Positions 38,016 through 47,618 of a DNA stretch of 64,000 nt are shown here, piece after piece (position 1 is the first letter of the stretch; every line of letters begins with the position of its first letter). The notes beneath the pieces are model-generated. The model worked only from the letters and a program-made list of their open reading frames with translations. It searched no databases and was not told the origin of the DNA. This DNA is from an uncultured bacterium (GTDB taxonomy: Bacteria; Fidelibacterota; Marinisomatia; Marinisomatales; JACNKV01). The stretch covers positions 16,426-80,425 of the forward strand of contig CAYQZV010000006.1 of NCBI GenBank assembly GCA_964422145.1, written 5' to 3'. The position numbers and the translations under genes were made by a program.

Positions 38016-39643
38016 AGATGTTTGGGCGAACTTTCGCCGCGTTATTATGTACCGTAATTCTTAACGGGCAGTCGTTATCACCGCAGATTTTTAAATTGGC
38101 TAACCAAGATTCCGTTGTCATCACGAACGAATTGAAAAACAATTCTATTTACGATATTCGTTTACAAGGTGACTCAACAGTATGGATCGGCACAGGTCAG
38201 GGACTGGCTGTCTTGCGAGATTCTTTGTCAGTCCTTGCCATGGACACATTAACGTTACTGAGCGGTGAGCAGGTTATATTTCAAGACGGGATTGTTGCAC
38301 TGGCAGCCCAGGGAGACCAGTTCTTGTGTGCCGGAATTTCCAACGATGGTGAGACACCGTTTGGAACCGGATTTTATTTTACTGATGCCGCGTTGGATGA
38401 AAACATCATTTGGACGTACTATCCTCAACCCGTGGATGCAGTCGGTGATAGTCTGGTCCCTTATGCTGGAAGAATATTCAGAGCGTTACCGGTTACAACA
38501 GACCGAATGAATATCACCTATGACGCTGCATTTACCGATGGGTACATTTGGGTGACATCATGGGCAGGCGGATTGAGAAGGTTGGATTTGAACAGTGGAT
38601 CAGATTGGGATCGGGTCCCTCTACCGAAAGATTCACAACCGTATTTGATCACCTGTGCGGACACCGCCTATTCGGTGGATAATTTAGGAAATGAAATATT
38701 AAACAATTATTATCTAAATCCTCGAGACCCGAGAGATAACGGAAATCATAATCACAAAGCATTTTCGGTCACCGGATACGGCGATACAATTTGGGTCGGA
38801 ACTGCCAACGGTATTAACCGGGGAATTCTCGGACAGGACGGCTGTATCGATTGGGATCACTACTCTTATCCGCTGGACGGATTAAGTGGAAATTTTGTGG
38901 TCAGTATTACAAGCCAATATTGGGAAGGCGAACGGACAATTTGGGCTGTAACACTTAATGCAGACAGCCCGGGTGAAGAACGGGGTCTGAGTTATACAAA
39001 CGATGACAGCACATGGCATGTGGTTCAAGCGCTTCGCGGTGAAAGGATTTATAATGTTCATGCGTATGATTCCTATGTGTTTGTCGGTGCAGAGAGCGGA
39101 TTATGGATCTCCCCGGATGTAGGTGAGACGTGGGCCAATTATCCGGCTGCGGTTGATACAACCTACTTAGCCACCGATGAGATATTAAGTCAGGATGTTT
39201 TCTCCGTCTTTTTGGACAGCAGAGATTATTACGGACGGCCGGTCATCTGGATGGGAACATCAGACGGGCTTGGGCGCTCTGACGATATTTATGGCGGGAA
39301 TTGGAATATTTACCGGACAAATTATCCCGGTATTTATGCTTACCCAAATCCGTTTTCTCCGAATATACATAACGTCATGGAAAGCGACGGTTATGTTCGG
39401 TTTCATATCGATGAAGTCTCATCTTATACGATAAAATTGGGTGTATATAATTTTGCTATGGAGCGGGTCTATTATTCTACCTATGACCGCAGGGATGCAA
39501 ACAGCGGTGCATTAAAATGGAATGGACGAGACGAAAATGGCCGACGTGTGGATAATGGTGTTTACTTCATTAATTTAACATATTCAGAATCCGCTAATCA
39601 ATCCCCGAGTGATCATTGGCTGAAATTGATCGTGGTTAAGTGA
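38012..39643 (+). CDS. Beta-propeller-like secreted protein with T9SS/FlgD-Ig-type C-terminal domain
   Basis: Signal ..ILNG|QSLS. Repeated motifs ..VWIGTGQGL.., ..IWVGTANGI.., ..VFVGAESGLW.., ..IWMGTSDGL.. resemble two-component-regulator propeller repeats. C-terminus YAYPNPFSPN...NGVYFINL...LKLIVVK. Confidence 0.55.
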   Translation: MKMFGRTFAALLCTVILNGQSLSPQIFKLANQDSVVITNELKNNSIYDIRLQGDSTVWIGTGQGLAVLRDSLSVLAMDTLTLLSGEQVIFQDGIVALAAQGDQFLCAGISNDGETPFGTGFYFTDAALDENIIWTYYPQPVDAVGDSLVPYAGRIFRALPVTTDRMNITYDAAFTDGYIWVTSWAGGLRRLDLNSGSDWDRVPLPKDSQPYLITCADTAYSVDNLGNEILNNYYLNPRDPRDNGNHNHKAFSVTGYGDTIWVGTANGINRGILGQDGCIDWDHYSYPLDGLSGNFVVSITSQYWEGERTIWAVTLNADSPGEERGLSYTNDDSTWHVVQALRGERIYNVHAYDSYVFVGAESGLWISPDVGETWANYPAAVDTTYLATDEILSQDVFSVFLDSRDYYGRPVIWMGTSDGLGRSDDIYGGNWNIYRTNYPGIYAYPNPFSPNIHNVMESDGYVRFHIDEVSSYTIKLGVYNFAMERVYYSTYDRRDANSGALKWNGRDENGRRVDNGVYFINLTYSESANQSPSDHWLKLIVVK

Positions 39644-39651
39644 GGTTGAAG

Positions 39652-40593
39652 ATGAAAAAAATATTAACTACGATGACCATGATTATGTTTTTAACCAATG
39701 CAGGACAGATATTCGGTCGTGATTATGCAGGGTATTCCGGCAGTTTTTTACGCATGGGGACCACAGCACGATCCATTGCAATGGGCGGAGGGTTCAGTGC
39801 AGAACTTGATCGAGGGTTTACCGCTTTTCATAATCCAGCCGGATTACCGTTCCTGAAAGACCGCCATGTGTCATTCTCACATCAGCAGCTTCCGCTTGAT
39901 CGACGGTTTATTGGATCTGCATTTGCGATGAGACTTCCCCCAACAGCGGGATTAGGTATCATGTGGGTCAATGCCGGCGTAAATAATATCGATGGCAGAA
40001 CGACTTCCGGTGTTCATACCGAAACATTGTCAACCGGTGAAAATGCTGTCTACATCAGCTTTGCCCAGCAGGTGATCGAATGGCTGGGTGTAGGAGTCAG
40101 TATTAAAATCCTTGATCAGCAGCTTCCGATGAACTCAAGCAGTATTGCGGGGAAAGGAATTGGATTCGATGCAGGCATTTTGATCAAATCGGGTGAAGAT
40201 TTTGCGGCAGGGATCATGGTTCAGGATTTGAACTCGGGATACCAATGGAATACTGGCAGTATCTTTGAAAAAGGGATGATCTATGAGGAGAAATTCCCGA
40301 CCCAATATCGTTCAGGATTCCGGATGAAGAAATGGGAAACTGATATCGTTGGTGAGGTGGCGGTGATCACTGATCATCAATCCGTGCTGGGCATTGATGT
40401 CAGAATCGGTGCGGAGCATACTCTTCACGACAATTATTTCTTGCGGGGCGGGATCGGCAACTCAAGGATATCCGTTGGCGGCGGGATGCAATACCAGTTG
40501 TTTAATAAGAAGAAAGCCTTTTTAGATTATGCATTTCGAATGGGAGCGGTTGCCGGGATTGAACATGTGTTTACCTGCGAATTCATTTTTTAA
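39652..40593 (+). CDS. PorV/PorQ-family outer-membrane beta-barrel
   Basis: Signal ..TNAG|QIFG. FLRMGTTARSIAMGGGFSAELDRGFTAFHNPAGLPF is the family signature. C-terminus ..VFTCEFIF. Confidence 0.65.
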   Translation: MKKILTTMTMIMFLTNAGQIFGRDYAGYSGSFLRMGTTARSIAMGGGFSAELDRGFTAFHNPAGLPFLKDRHVSFSHQQLPLDRRFIGSAFAMRLPPTAGLGIMWVNAGVNNIDGRTTSGVHTETLSTGENAVYISFAQQVIEWLGVGVSIKILDQQLPMNSSSIAGKGIGFDAGILIKSGEDFAAGIMVQDLNSGYQWNTGSIFEKGMIYEEKFPTQYRSGFRMKKWETDIVGEVAVITDHQSVLGIDVRIGAEHTLHDNYFLRGGIGNSRISVGGGMQYQLFNKKKAFLDYAFRMGAVAGIEHVFTCEFIF

Positions 40594-40611
40594 GTGTATC
40601 GGATACTGATC

Positions 40612-41490
40612 ATGAAATCTCATTTATTTCGAAGTCTTGTTGGTGTTTTAATTCTTGCCGGGAATCTGCATTACGGTATCGGAACACAGTTTTTGTCATT
40701 ACCAACCCACACAAAAGAGTTGGCAATGGGCGCTCATCCTCTTTCGTCCTTCGCGGGGAGTAACCCTGCCGGATTATTTGTTGACGGACCAAAACCTATC
40801 TTATCGGTAGCGTACGGTAAAGGGTATTCTGACGTAGCTCAATCATCATTTTCTTTACGCTCCCGTAACTTTGGCGGGACAGTTGGTTTATTCATTCGAT
40901 ATGCCGGATTAAACGGACTCGAGTTGCGACAATTAAGTCCATCTGATGATCCGCTGGCGGAATTCGGAACCTATGGTGCTGCAATCGATCTGTCTTATTC
41001 AAAGCAAACTCGCAAATTAAAATACGGCGTCACGTTACGCCATTTGCAAATGCAGATGCACACAGACCATTCCGGAGGTTGGGCTGTTGATTTAGGTGTT
41101 TTATCTCATCCATGGAAAAACGGATCAGTCGGTTTATCGATTTTAAATGTGGGAACGATGACCTCTCTGAATGAATCCTCACCGAAGCTGCCGATCCGAT
41201 TGTTGATTGGAGGAGATACTCGATTCCAAGGGAATGGTTGGATGAATACAGTCATGGCAACGATTGAGTCTTCACAACATGTCCCCGGATTGATCTATCG
41301 TGTGGGCAATGAGCTTGAATATCGGTTCTTATCCCTGCAGTTAGGGACGCAAATATCACAAGAATTAGCGACGGTCTCTGCCGGAGTTCGTATTCATTCA
41401 GGCATCTATCGAATAGGATATGGGATTCGATTCGGATCGCAAGGGTTAGGTAACCCGCAATTGATTGATATTTCTGTGCTTCTGCCATAG
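40612..41490 (+). CDS. PorQ/PorV-like outer-membrane beta-barrel (second paralog)
   Basis: FLSLPTHTKELAMGAHPLSSFAGSNPAGLF signature. Beta-rich. Immediately follows the previous gene. Confidence 0.55.
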   Translation: MKSHLFRSLVGVLILAGNLHYGIGTQFLSLPTHTKELAMGAHPLSSFAGSNPAGLFVDGPKPILSVAYGKGYSDVAQSSFSLRSRNFGGTVGLFIRYAGLNGLELRQLSPSDDPLAEFGTYGAAIDLSYSKQTRKLKYGVTLRHLQMQMHTDHSGGWAVDLGVLSHPWKNGSVGLSILNVGTMTSLNESSPKLPIRLLIGGDTRFQGNGWMNTVMATIESSQHVPGLIYRVGNELEYRFLSLQLGTQISQELATVSAGVRIHSGIYRIGYGIRFGSQGLGNPQLIDISVLLP

Positions 41491-41492
41491 TA

Positions 41493-42311
41493 ATGTCTCA
41501 GAAATCCAAAAAATATCGCTTTACTTATATTATTATCACGTGTGTTATTGTACTGGTTTTTATCGGGTTTTACTTATTCAATCAAAGAGATCGATCTCCG
41601 GCAACTCCACTCATTGGTGAAGAACCGGTTTCAGAAGTAGTTCAGGATATCCGAGGAACCATTGCAATCATTATAGATGACTTTGGATATCGGAATGATG
41701 AAGTCTCGGATGGGTTTTTAGCCTTAGATGCCCCTTTAACATTTGCAGTTATTCCCGGGCATGAACATAGTCGATCTTTCTCTAAAAAAGCCGGAGAAGC
41801 GGGATTTGAAATAATTGTGCATATGCCAATGGAATCTCACATTAATTCGCGAGGAGAAACTGAATTTCGGCTAAATACAGATATGATAAGCCGGGAGATT
41901 GAAGAAAGGGTAGAAAAGGCATTTTTCGAAATCTTTGATGCGGTCGGACTAAACAATCACCAAGGATCTAAAGCCACAGAAGATCAACGAATTATGCACA
42001 TCGTTGCAGACGTGCTGTCAAAACATCAAGCCTATTTTGTGGACAGTCGAACCAGTGCAAAAACCGTTGCGGAATCCACAATGAAAAAAGCAGGCGTCCC
42101 TTACATTGAAAGACAGGTGTTTTTGGATAACGATTTTGATCCGGGACTGATTTATAAACAATTGAATGAGTTAGTGCAGCTTGCAGAAAGTTCAGAGTTT
42201 GTCGTGGGAATCGGACATGTGAAACGAGAAACACTGCAAGTCCTCCGAGAGGAAATCCCGAAGCTAAAAGCGAAGGGATTTCGTTTCGCGTTTATTTCAG
42301 AAATTTTATGA
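41493..42311 (+). CDS. Divergent polysaccharide deacetylase (YibQ family)
   Basis: N-terminal TM, then IAIIIDDFGYR...APLTFAVIPGHEHS...EIIVHMPME...LNNHQGSKAT. Confidence 0.8.
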   Translation: MSQKSKKYRFTYIIITCVIVLVFIGFYLFNQRDRSPATPLIGEEPVSEVVQDIRGTIAIIIDDFGYRNDEVSDGFLALDAPLTFAVIPGHEHSRSFSKKAGEAGFEIIVHMPMESHINSRGETEFRLNTDMISREIEERVEKAFFEIFDAVGLNNHQGSKATEDQRIMHIVADVLSKHQAYFVDSRTSAKTVAESTMKKAGVPYIERQVFLDNDFDPGLIYKQLNELVQLAESSEFVVGIGHVKRETLQVLREEIPKLKAKGFRFAFISEIL

Positions 42312-42323
42312 CAAGGCCTAACA

Positions 42324-43316
42324 ATGTCTATTATCATTAAAGTCACCCGAGGAAGATGGATAGAAAGCAAACATATTGCATATGGAGTCGTTGTAAACGG
42401 AGAAGGTCAAATTGTTTATTCTTCAGAAGATCCTGATTATTTAACCTGTATTCGTTCTTCATTGAAACCATTTCAGGCAGCTGCTTCTGTGAGAGCAGGT
42501 GCGGTTGATTCTGCTGGTTTCGGAGAAAATGAATTGGCATTAATGTGCGCGTCTCATTTTGGCGAGGATATCCATGTGGAAACCGCAAAAGCCATGATTA
42601 ATAAACTGGGATTATCCAGCAAACACTATGAATGCGGAGTGCACTATCCTTACAATAAAAATGCACGAATTCGTTTGTATTCAGAAAAAAAGGATGCCGA
42701 ACCGTGGCACAATAACTGCAGTGGAAAACATGCAGGAATGCTTGCATTAGCGAAACATTTAAACGCACCTCTGAACAATTATGTTTCTCCGAATCATCCT
42801 GTGCAGACATGCATAATGGATTATGTGCGAGAATTAACCGGATGCAAAGATTTTCCGCTCGCTATTGATGGTTGTTCTGCTCCGACGCCATTTTTATCTT
42901 TGCGTACGTTGGCTTTGCTGTTTCAAAAATTAGCGGTATCTGAACAACCCGAATTGAATACGGTTTATTCGGCGATGACAAACCATCCCTATCTTATTGC
43001 AGGGGAAGATCGATTTGATACAGATTTTATGAGAGCAACCAAGGGAAGAGCGGTTTCGAAGGGTGGGGGTGAAGCCGTTCAGGGAATCGGTATACGCATG
43101 CCGGATGGAGAAGTATATGGGGTGGCTGTAAAGGTGCTTGACGGCAGCCAAAGAGCTTGCCCGGTTGCATCTATGGCTGTAATGTGTGAAGCAGGATTAT
43201 TGTTAGAAACAGAAATAAAAGAATTAGAAAAATATCATTCGATTTCACTTTATAATCTTAAAAAGTTGCACATTGGTGAAATAAAAGCTTTCGTAAATAA
43301 AAAGGAGAGGCTGTAG
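42324..43316 (+). CDS. Asparaginase II family protein
   Basis: VTRGRWIESKHIAYGVVV...IRSSLKPFQA...MCASHFGE...NNCSGKHAGML...GCSAPT matches the Rhizobium-type asparaginase II pattern. Confidence 0.7.
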   Translation: MSIIIKVTRGRWIESKHIAYGVVVNGEGQIVYSSEDPDYLTCIRSSLKPFQAAASVRAGAVDSAGFGENELALMCASHFGEDIHVETAKAMINKLGLSSKHYECGVHYPYNKNARIRLYSEKKDAEPWHNNCSGKHAGMLALAKHLNAPLNNYVSPNHPVQTCIMDYVRELTGCKDFPLAIDGCSAPTPFLSLRTLALLFQKLAVSEQPELNTVYSAMTNHPYLIAGEDRFDTDFMRATKGRAVSKGGGEAVQGIGIRMPDGEVYGVAVKVLDGSQRACPVASMAVMCEAGLLLETEIKELEKYHSISLYNLKKLHIGEIKAFVNKKERL

Positions 43317-43327
43317 CAAAATGATCG

Positions 43328-43429
43328 CTACTTACGGGTTTCAATCCAATGTTTCAACGTCCAAAGAAGAATGACGGTTCCGATGATAACAAGGAGCCCG
43401 GATAAGATAGATAAAGTAAGCGTGTTCAT
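43328..43429 (-). CDS. Possible 33-aa single-TM micro-protein (MNTLTLSILSGLLVIIGTVILLWTLKHWIETRK)
   Basis: My own translation of the minus strand; this ORF is below the track length cutoff. The hydrophobic core plus basic tail is membrane-peptide-like. There is no other support. Confidence 0.15.
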   Translation of the reverse strand: MNTLTLSILSGLLVIIGTVILLWTLKHWIETRK

Positions 43430-43652
43430 AATGTCATTCAAAAATTACTGGAATATGATTTAAAAGAAAAGATGAAAGTTTTCGTGAATGAACGCCGAGA
43501 TTATAAAGGATTTCTTTTTATGATACGCTATATAAAAGACAAAATCATCTTGAATAAATACCGAAAATCTCGTAAACTAGACCGACCAGTCGGTTTATTA
43601 ATAAGCAGTTTTGCATAAAAATTTATTTTAATCCGTATTAAAGGAGATATTG

Positions 43653-44426
43653 ATGAAAATAGGTGTATTAGTTAAACAGGTCCCTGTCAGTGATTCATCG
43701 TTGAGACTGACTGCAGACCAACAATGGATCGAAGAAACATCATTAAACTTTGAAATGAACGAGAATGACTCCTATGCCTTGGAAGAAGCACTCCAAATTC
43801 GCGAAGGATCGGGTGAGGGTGAAGTGGTCGTTGTTAGTTTAGGACCCGCAGACCGGACCCCCAAAATTCTAAGGGAAGCTCTTTCAAAAGGCGCGGATCG
43901 CGGAATTCATATTATTGAGTCAACCCCATTTGACTCTGATCCGTATGTTCTTGCCAAATTATTTCATGAAGCCGTCAAGGATGAGGCCTTCGATCTTCTT
44001 CTCTGTGGATTACAATCCGATGACATGAGTACCGGACAGACTGGTTTGATCCTTGGAGAATTATTAGGGATGTCCACCGCTACAATGGTTGTTGAAACGA
44101 ATAAATTGGACGGTTCCATCAAAGTGAAACGAGAATTGGAATCCGGATGGTTCCAATGGGTAACACTCCCGTTCCCGGCTTGTGTTACGATCCAATCAGG
44201 TATCAATCAGCCCCGATACGCATCTTTAAAGGGGATTATGAGCGCAAAACGCAAAGAGATCAAGGCCGTGGATAAATCCACACTTAACCCCGGCGACGCT
44301 CTACAGTCCATGTCTAAAATGTATGTTCAGCATAAAGATAAACGTACTGAAATGATTGATGGGGATACTCAAGCGATTGTTACGCGCTTGATTGAAGTGT
44401 TTAAAAACGAAGCCAAAGTTCTTTAG
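43653..44426 (+). CDS. etfB: Electron transfer flavoprotein beta subunit
   Basis: MKIGVLVKQVP...YALEEAL...VVVSLGP...LREALSKGADRGIHI...LLLCGLQSDD. AAAGGAG lies upstream of ATG 43653. Confidence 0.9.
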   Translation: MKIGVLVKQVPVSDSSLRLTADQQWIEETSLNFEMNENDSYALEEALQIREGSGEGEVVVVSLGPADRTPKILREALSKGADRGIHIIESTPFDSDPYVLAKLFHEAVKDEAFDLLLCGLQSDDMSTGQTGLILGELLGMSTATMVVETNKLDGSIKVKRELESGWFQWVTLPFPACVTIQSGINQPRYASLKGIMSAKRKEIKAVDKSTLNPGDALQSMSKMYVQHKDKRTEMIDGDTQAIVTRLIEVFKNEAKVL

Positions 44427-44435
44427 GAGGTTTAA

Positions 44436-45401
44436 ATGGATATTCTGATTGTACTAGAAACAAAAGAAGGAAAAATTCACCGCATGAGTTTGGAAGCCGT
44501 TACGGCTGCACAATCCATGGCGAAAGAACTAAACCTGAGTATGAGTGCTTTGATCTTGGGCAGTGACGTAAATGCTGTTTCTGAGGAAGCAAAAAAACTA
44601 GACGTGCACGAAATATTGACTCTTGAACATGAGCTTTTATCCCAGTATTCTGCTGACGGGTATACGGAAGCCCTGAAGCAGATCATAGAACAGGAAACGC
44701 CCAAATACGTTATGATGGGATACACGTATCAAGCACGCGATTGGGTTCCAAAGGTCAGTGTTCGATTACAAATACCGTATATTTCAGATGTGGTTATGAT
44801 TAAAACCGATGAAAGCACGCCTGCATTTACCCGAATGGTGTATAATGGAAAATTGATGAGTGATATCCTTCCTAAAACAGAAGGAACAGCCCTTGTCAGC
44901 TTCCAGGCGGCGGCTTATCCTGCAGATGGAGTTGCCTTTGGAGAAGCAAATCTGCGATCCGTTCAAGTGAACTTGGATGATTCTATGATCAAAACGGTTT
45001 CCGAAGAACCATTTACGGAGGAATCCGGCGGTGTTGATCTTTCTACAGCTGAAGTAATTGTATCGGTAGGGCGAGGAATCGGAAAAGAAGAGAACATTCC
45101 TCTAGTCGAAGCATTAGCAAAAGCATTGAACGCTGAAGTTGGGTCATCACGTCCGATCGTGGATGCGGGCTGGCTGCCGACGTTCCGGCAAGTTGGAAGT
45201 TCAGGACAAAGTGTAGCACCAAAGCTATATATTGCATTGGGAATTTCTGGAGCGATTCAACATATTGTCGGGATGAAAGGATCTAAGAATATTTTAGCCA
45301 TCAATAAAGATACGGAAGCCCCGATTTTTGAGATCGCGGATTACGGAGTGGTGGGAGATATTATTGAAATCTTACCAAAATTAACCGAAGCCGTTGGATA
45401 A
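44436..45401 (+). CDS. etfA: Electron transfer flavoprotein alpha subunit
   Basis: C-terminal FAD-binding pattern VSVGRGIG...GSSRPIVDAGW......QVGSSGQSVAPKLYIALGISGAIQH..GM..SK.I.AINKD..APIF..ADYG.VGD. Confidence 0.9.
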   Translation: MDILIVLETKEGKIHRMSLEAVTAAQSMAKELNLSMSALILGSDVNAVSEEAKKLDVHEILTLEHELLSQYSADGYTEALKQIIEQETPKYVMMGYTYQARDWVPKVSVRLQIPYISDVVMIKTDESTPAFTRMVYNGKLMSDILPKTEGTALVSFQAAAYPADGVAFGEANLRSVQVNLDDSMIKTVSEEPFTEESGGVDLSTAEVIVSVGRGIGKEENIPLVEALAKALNAEVGSSRPIVDAGWLPTFRQVGSSGQSVAPKLYIALGISGAIQHIVGMKGSKNILAINKDTEAPIFEIADYGVVGDIIEILPKLTEAVG

Positions 45402-45497
45402 AAATCTTTTGGTGTTTAACGCACCGGAATAAAAGCTGAACTTCGGAGTCCTCTTAAAGCTCCGATAGTTCTAATCACAAGGAAAAAGGAGTAGACT

Positions 45498-47498
45498 ATG
45501 GATGGGATGCATCAGGTTCCAAATCTTATGTATGTATTTGGCATCTCGGCAATCGCAATATTTCTATTTAATCTTCGCCGATTCTTTCTCATTAATATTG
45601 GGAAAAAAGAAGACAAGCCATCTAATAGTATTTTTCAAGGAATACAAAATGTATTGATCTACGGAATCGGTCAGTGGAGAGTCAATCGAAGACGGTTTGG
45701 ATATGCAACACTCATGCATTTATTCATAGGATGGGGGATGTTCGAACTCATTTTTGCGACCGGAGTAGATATGTTTACAAAATGGGGGCTTTTCACCTCA
45801 TTTTTACCCACAATGGATACACCTTGGTTTGCGGCACTGAATGACTTAGGAGGGCTGATTTTATTTGTCGGATTATTGATGGCATTATATCGACGCCATA
45901 TTCAGAAACCCGAGTTACTGCCCCAAAACGCTTTTAAAGGCAGGGGATATGTTTTGGGTGATACAGGATTAATCTTGATGATCATGCTATTAGATATTGG
46001 CGGGTTTTTCTCAGAGGCTTCCCGTCTTGCGATTGAACAACCGATCACCGCATCCGCTTCTTTTATAGGATATCCACTTTCAAAACTACTGGTAAAAGAA
46101 ACTTGGCAGTCTGCACAACCCTACCTTTGGTGGGGGCATGCATTGACCTCGTTTTTGATCATTGCGATAATACCGCTAACAAAAATGTTTCACGCCGTAG
46201 CTGCATTGGTCAATGTGGGATTCACAAATATAGATGCCCGTGGGAACGTACGCACCATGCATGTAAGTAAACTCATGGAAGATCCCAACGCCGATATTGA
46301 GAATATCTCATTAGGAAGCAGTACGGTAAAAGAACTGACGTGGAAACAACTGCTAGATAGCATCTCTTGCACAGAATGCTCTCGGTGTACCAGCGTATGT
46401 CCTGCGAACAATTCCTTGAAACCGTTATCTCCAATGGAAATCATTACCGATGTACGGGATACACTGTATGCAAAAGACCATGATAAAATTCTCCCGGGTG
46501 ATGTGATCAGCGAAACAGCGTTATGGTCTTGTACAACATGCGGAGCTTGCATGGAAGAATGTCCTGTTTTGATTGATCACGTTCCTACGATCACGGATCT
46601 GCGGCGTTACTTAGTTTTGTCCGAGGGGAAACCTCCTGCACAGGCGAATGAAAGTTTAGAAAAGACAATGAATATGGGAAACCCTTATGGTCTCTCTCAA
46701 AGTGATCGAACAAAATGGGCAAAAGATGCAGGAATTGAATTACCGATTATGGCTGAGAAGAAACAGACGGATGTATTATTCTGGGTTGGTTGTGCAGGCG
46801 CTTATGATCCGAGAAATCAGCAGGTGGCGAAATCCATGGTAAAAATATTTGAAGCAGCCGGCATAGATTACGGTGTGCTCGGCGAAGAAGAAATGTGTAC
46901 CGGAGACTCAGCCAGACGGATGGGAGAAGAATACTTGTATGAAACCATGGCACTTCAAAACATTGAAACACTTAATCAATACAAATTCAACCGTATTGTT
47001 ACTACCTGCCCTCATTGTTTTCATACACTTGGGAACGAATATTCTGATTTTGGCGGGGATTATTCTGTAGAGCACCATTCGCAATTTATGAAGAAATTGA
47101 TTTCTGAAGGGAAGTTGACCGTAAGCAATGCGGAAATGGATATTACCTATCACGACCCATGTTACTTAGGCAGACACAATAAGGAATATAACGCTCCCAG
47201 GGATGTGCTGAAATCAGTTGTCCCATCAGCCAAGCTGATCGAAATGGATCAAAGCAAAGATAAGAGTTTTTGTTGCGGGGCCGGTGGCGGAAACATGTGG
47301 CACGAAATAGAAGAAGGAGATCGGATAAATCACCTTCGATTTGATCAGGTGCTAACTACCGGTGCATCCACCGTAGCTACGGCATGTTACTTTTGCACAA
47401 CCATGATGGATGATGCAATTAAAGTACGTGGAAAGGAAGATGCGGTGAATGTGCGTGATATTGCAGAAATCGTTGCTGAAAATATTAAGTCGAAATAA
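45498..47498 (+). CDS. Membrane-bound FeS oxidoreductase (HdrD/GlpC/DsrK-like, CCG domains), likely ETF:quinone oxidoreductase partner
   Basis: About 240-aa polytopic N-terminus. Two ferredoxin motifs, CTECSRCTSVCP and CTTCGACMEECP. Two CCG-type Cys clusters (..VGCAGAY...TTCPHCFHTL.. and ..HDPCYLGRHN...FCCGAGGG). Lies directly downstream of etfBA. Confidence 0.8.
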   Translation: MDGMHQVPNLMYVFGISAIAIFLFNLRRFFLINIGKKEDKPSNSIFQGIQNVLIYGIGQWRVNRRRFGYATLMHLFIGWGMFELIFATGVDMFTKWGLFTSFLPTMDTPWFAALNDLGGLILFVGLLMALYRRHIQKPELLPQNAFKGRGYVLGDTGLILMIMLLDIGGFFSEASRLAIEQPITASASFIGYPLSKLLVKETWQSAQPYLWWGHALTSFLIIAIIPLTKMFHAVAALVNVGFTNIDARGNVRTMHVSKLMEDPNADIENISLGSSTVKELTWKQLLDSISCTECSRCTSVCPANNSLKPLSPMEIITDVRDTLYAKDHDKILPGDVISETALWSCTTCGACMEECPVLIDHVPTITDLRRYLVLSEGKPPAQANESLEKTMNMGNPYGLSQSDRTKWAKDAGIELPIMAEKKQTDVLFWVGCAGAYDPRNQQVAKSMVKIFEAAGIDYGVLGEEEMCTGDSARRMGEEYLYETMALQNIETLNQYKFNRIVTTCPHCFHTLGNEYSDFGGDYSVEHHSQFMKKLISEGKLTVSNAEMDITYHDPCYLGRHNKEYNAPRDVLKSVVPSAKLIEMDQSKDKSFCCGAGGGNMWHEIEEGDRINHLRFDQVLTTGASTVATACYFCTTMMDDAIKVRGKEDAVNVRDIAEIVAENIKSK

Positions 47499-47512
47499 AT
47501 CGAATTTTGATA

Positions 47513-47569
47513 AAAGTTTGTTTAAATTCTCAAGATTATTGTAATAATAGAGTTCATTAAACAAACTTT
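47513..47569 (+). terminator. Long inverted repeat (13-bp perfect arms, 31-nt spacer) after the FeS oxidoreductase gene; terminator or regulatory hairpin
   Basis: AAAGTTTGTTTAA (47513-47525) pairs with TTAAACAAACTTT (47557-47569). The loop contains a nested TTATT-gt-AATAA palindrome. It starts 15 nt after the stop codon. No strong T-run follows. Confidence 0.35.
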
Positions 47570-47618
47570 CAGAGTGGTTTTATTCCTGAGATAAGACAAA
47601 GATTGTAAATATCGGTTC

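Noticed and set aside
43581-43594. Perfect palindrome ACCGAC-CA-GTCGGT 59 bp upstream of etfB as a TetR/FadR-type operator
   Set aside because: A 6+6-bp palindrome with a fixed spacer is expected roughly 15 times by chance in 64 kb. The position is suggestive but not statistically distinctive, and I saw no second copy.
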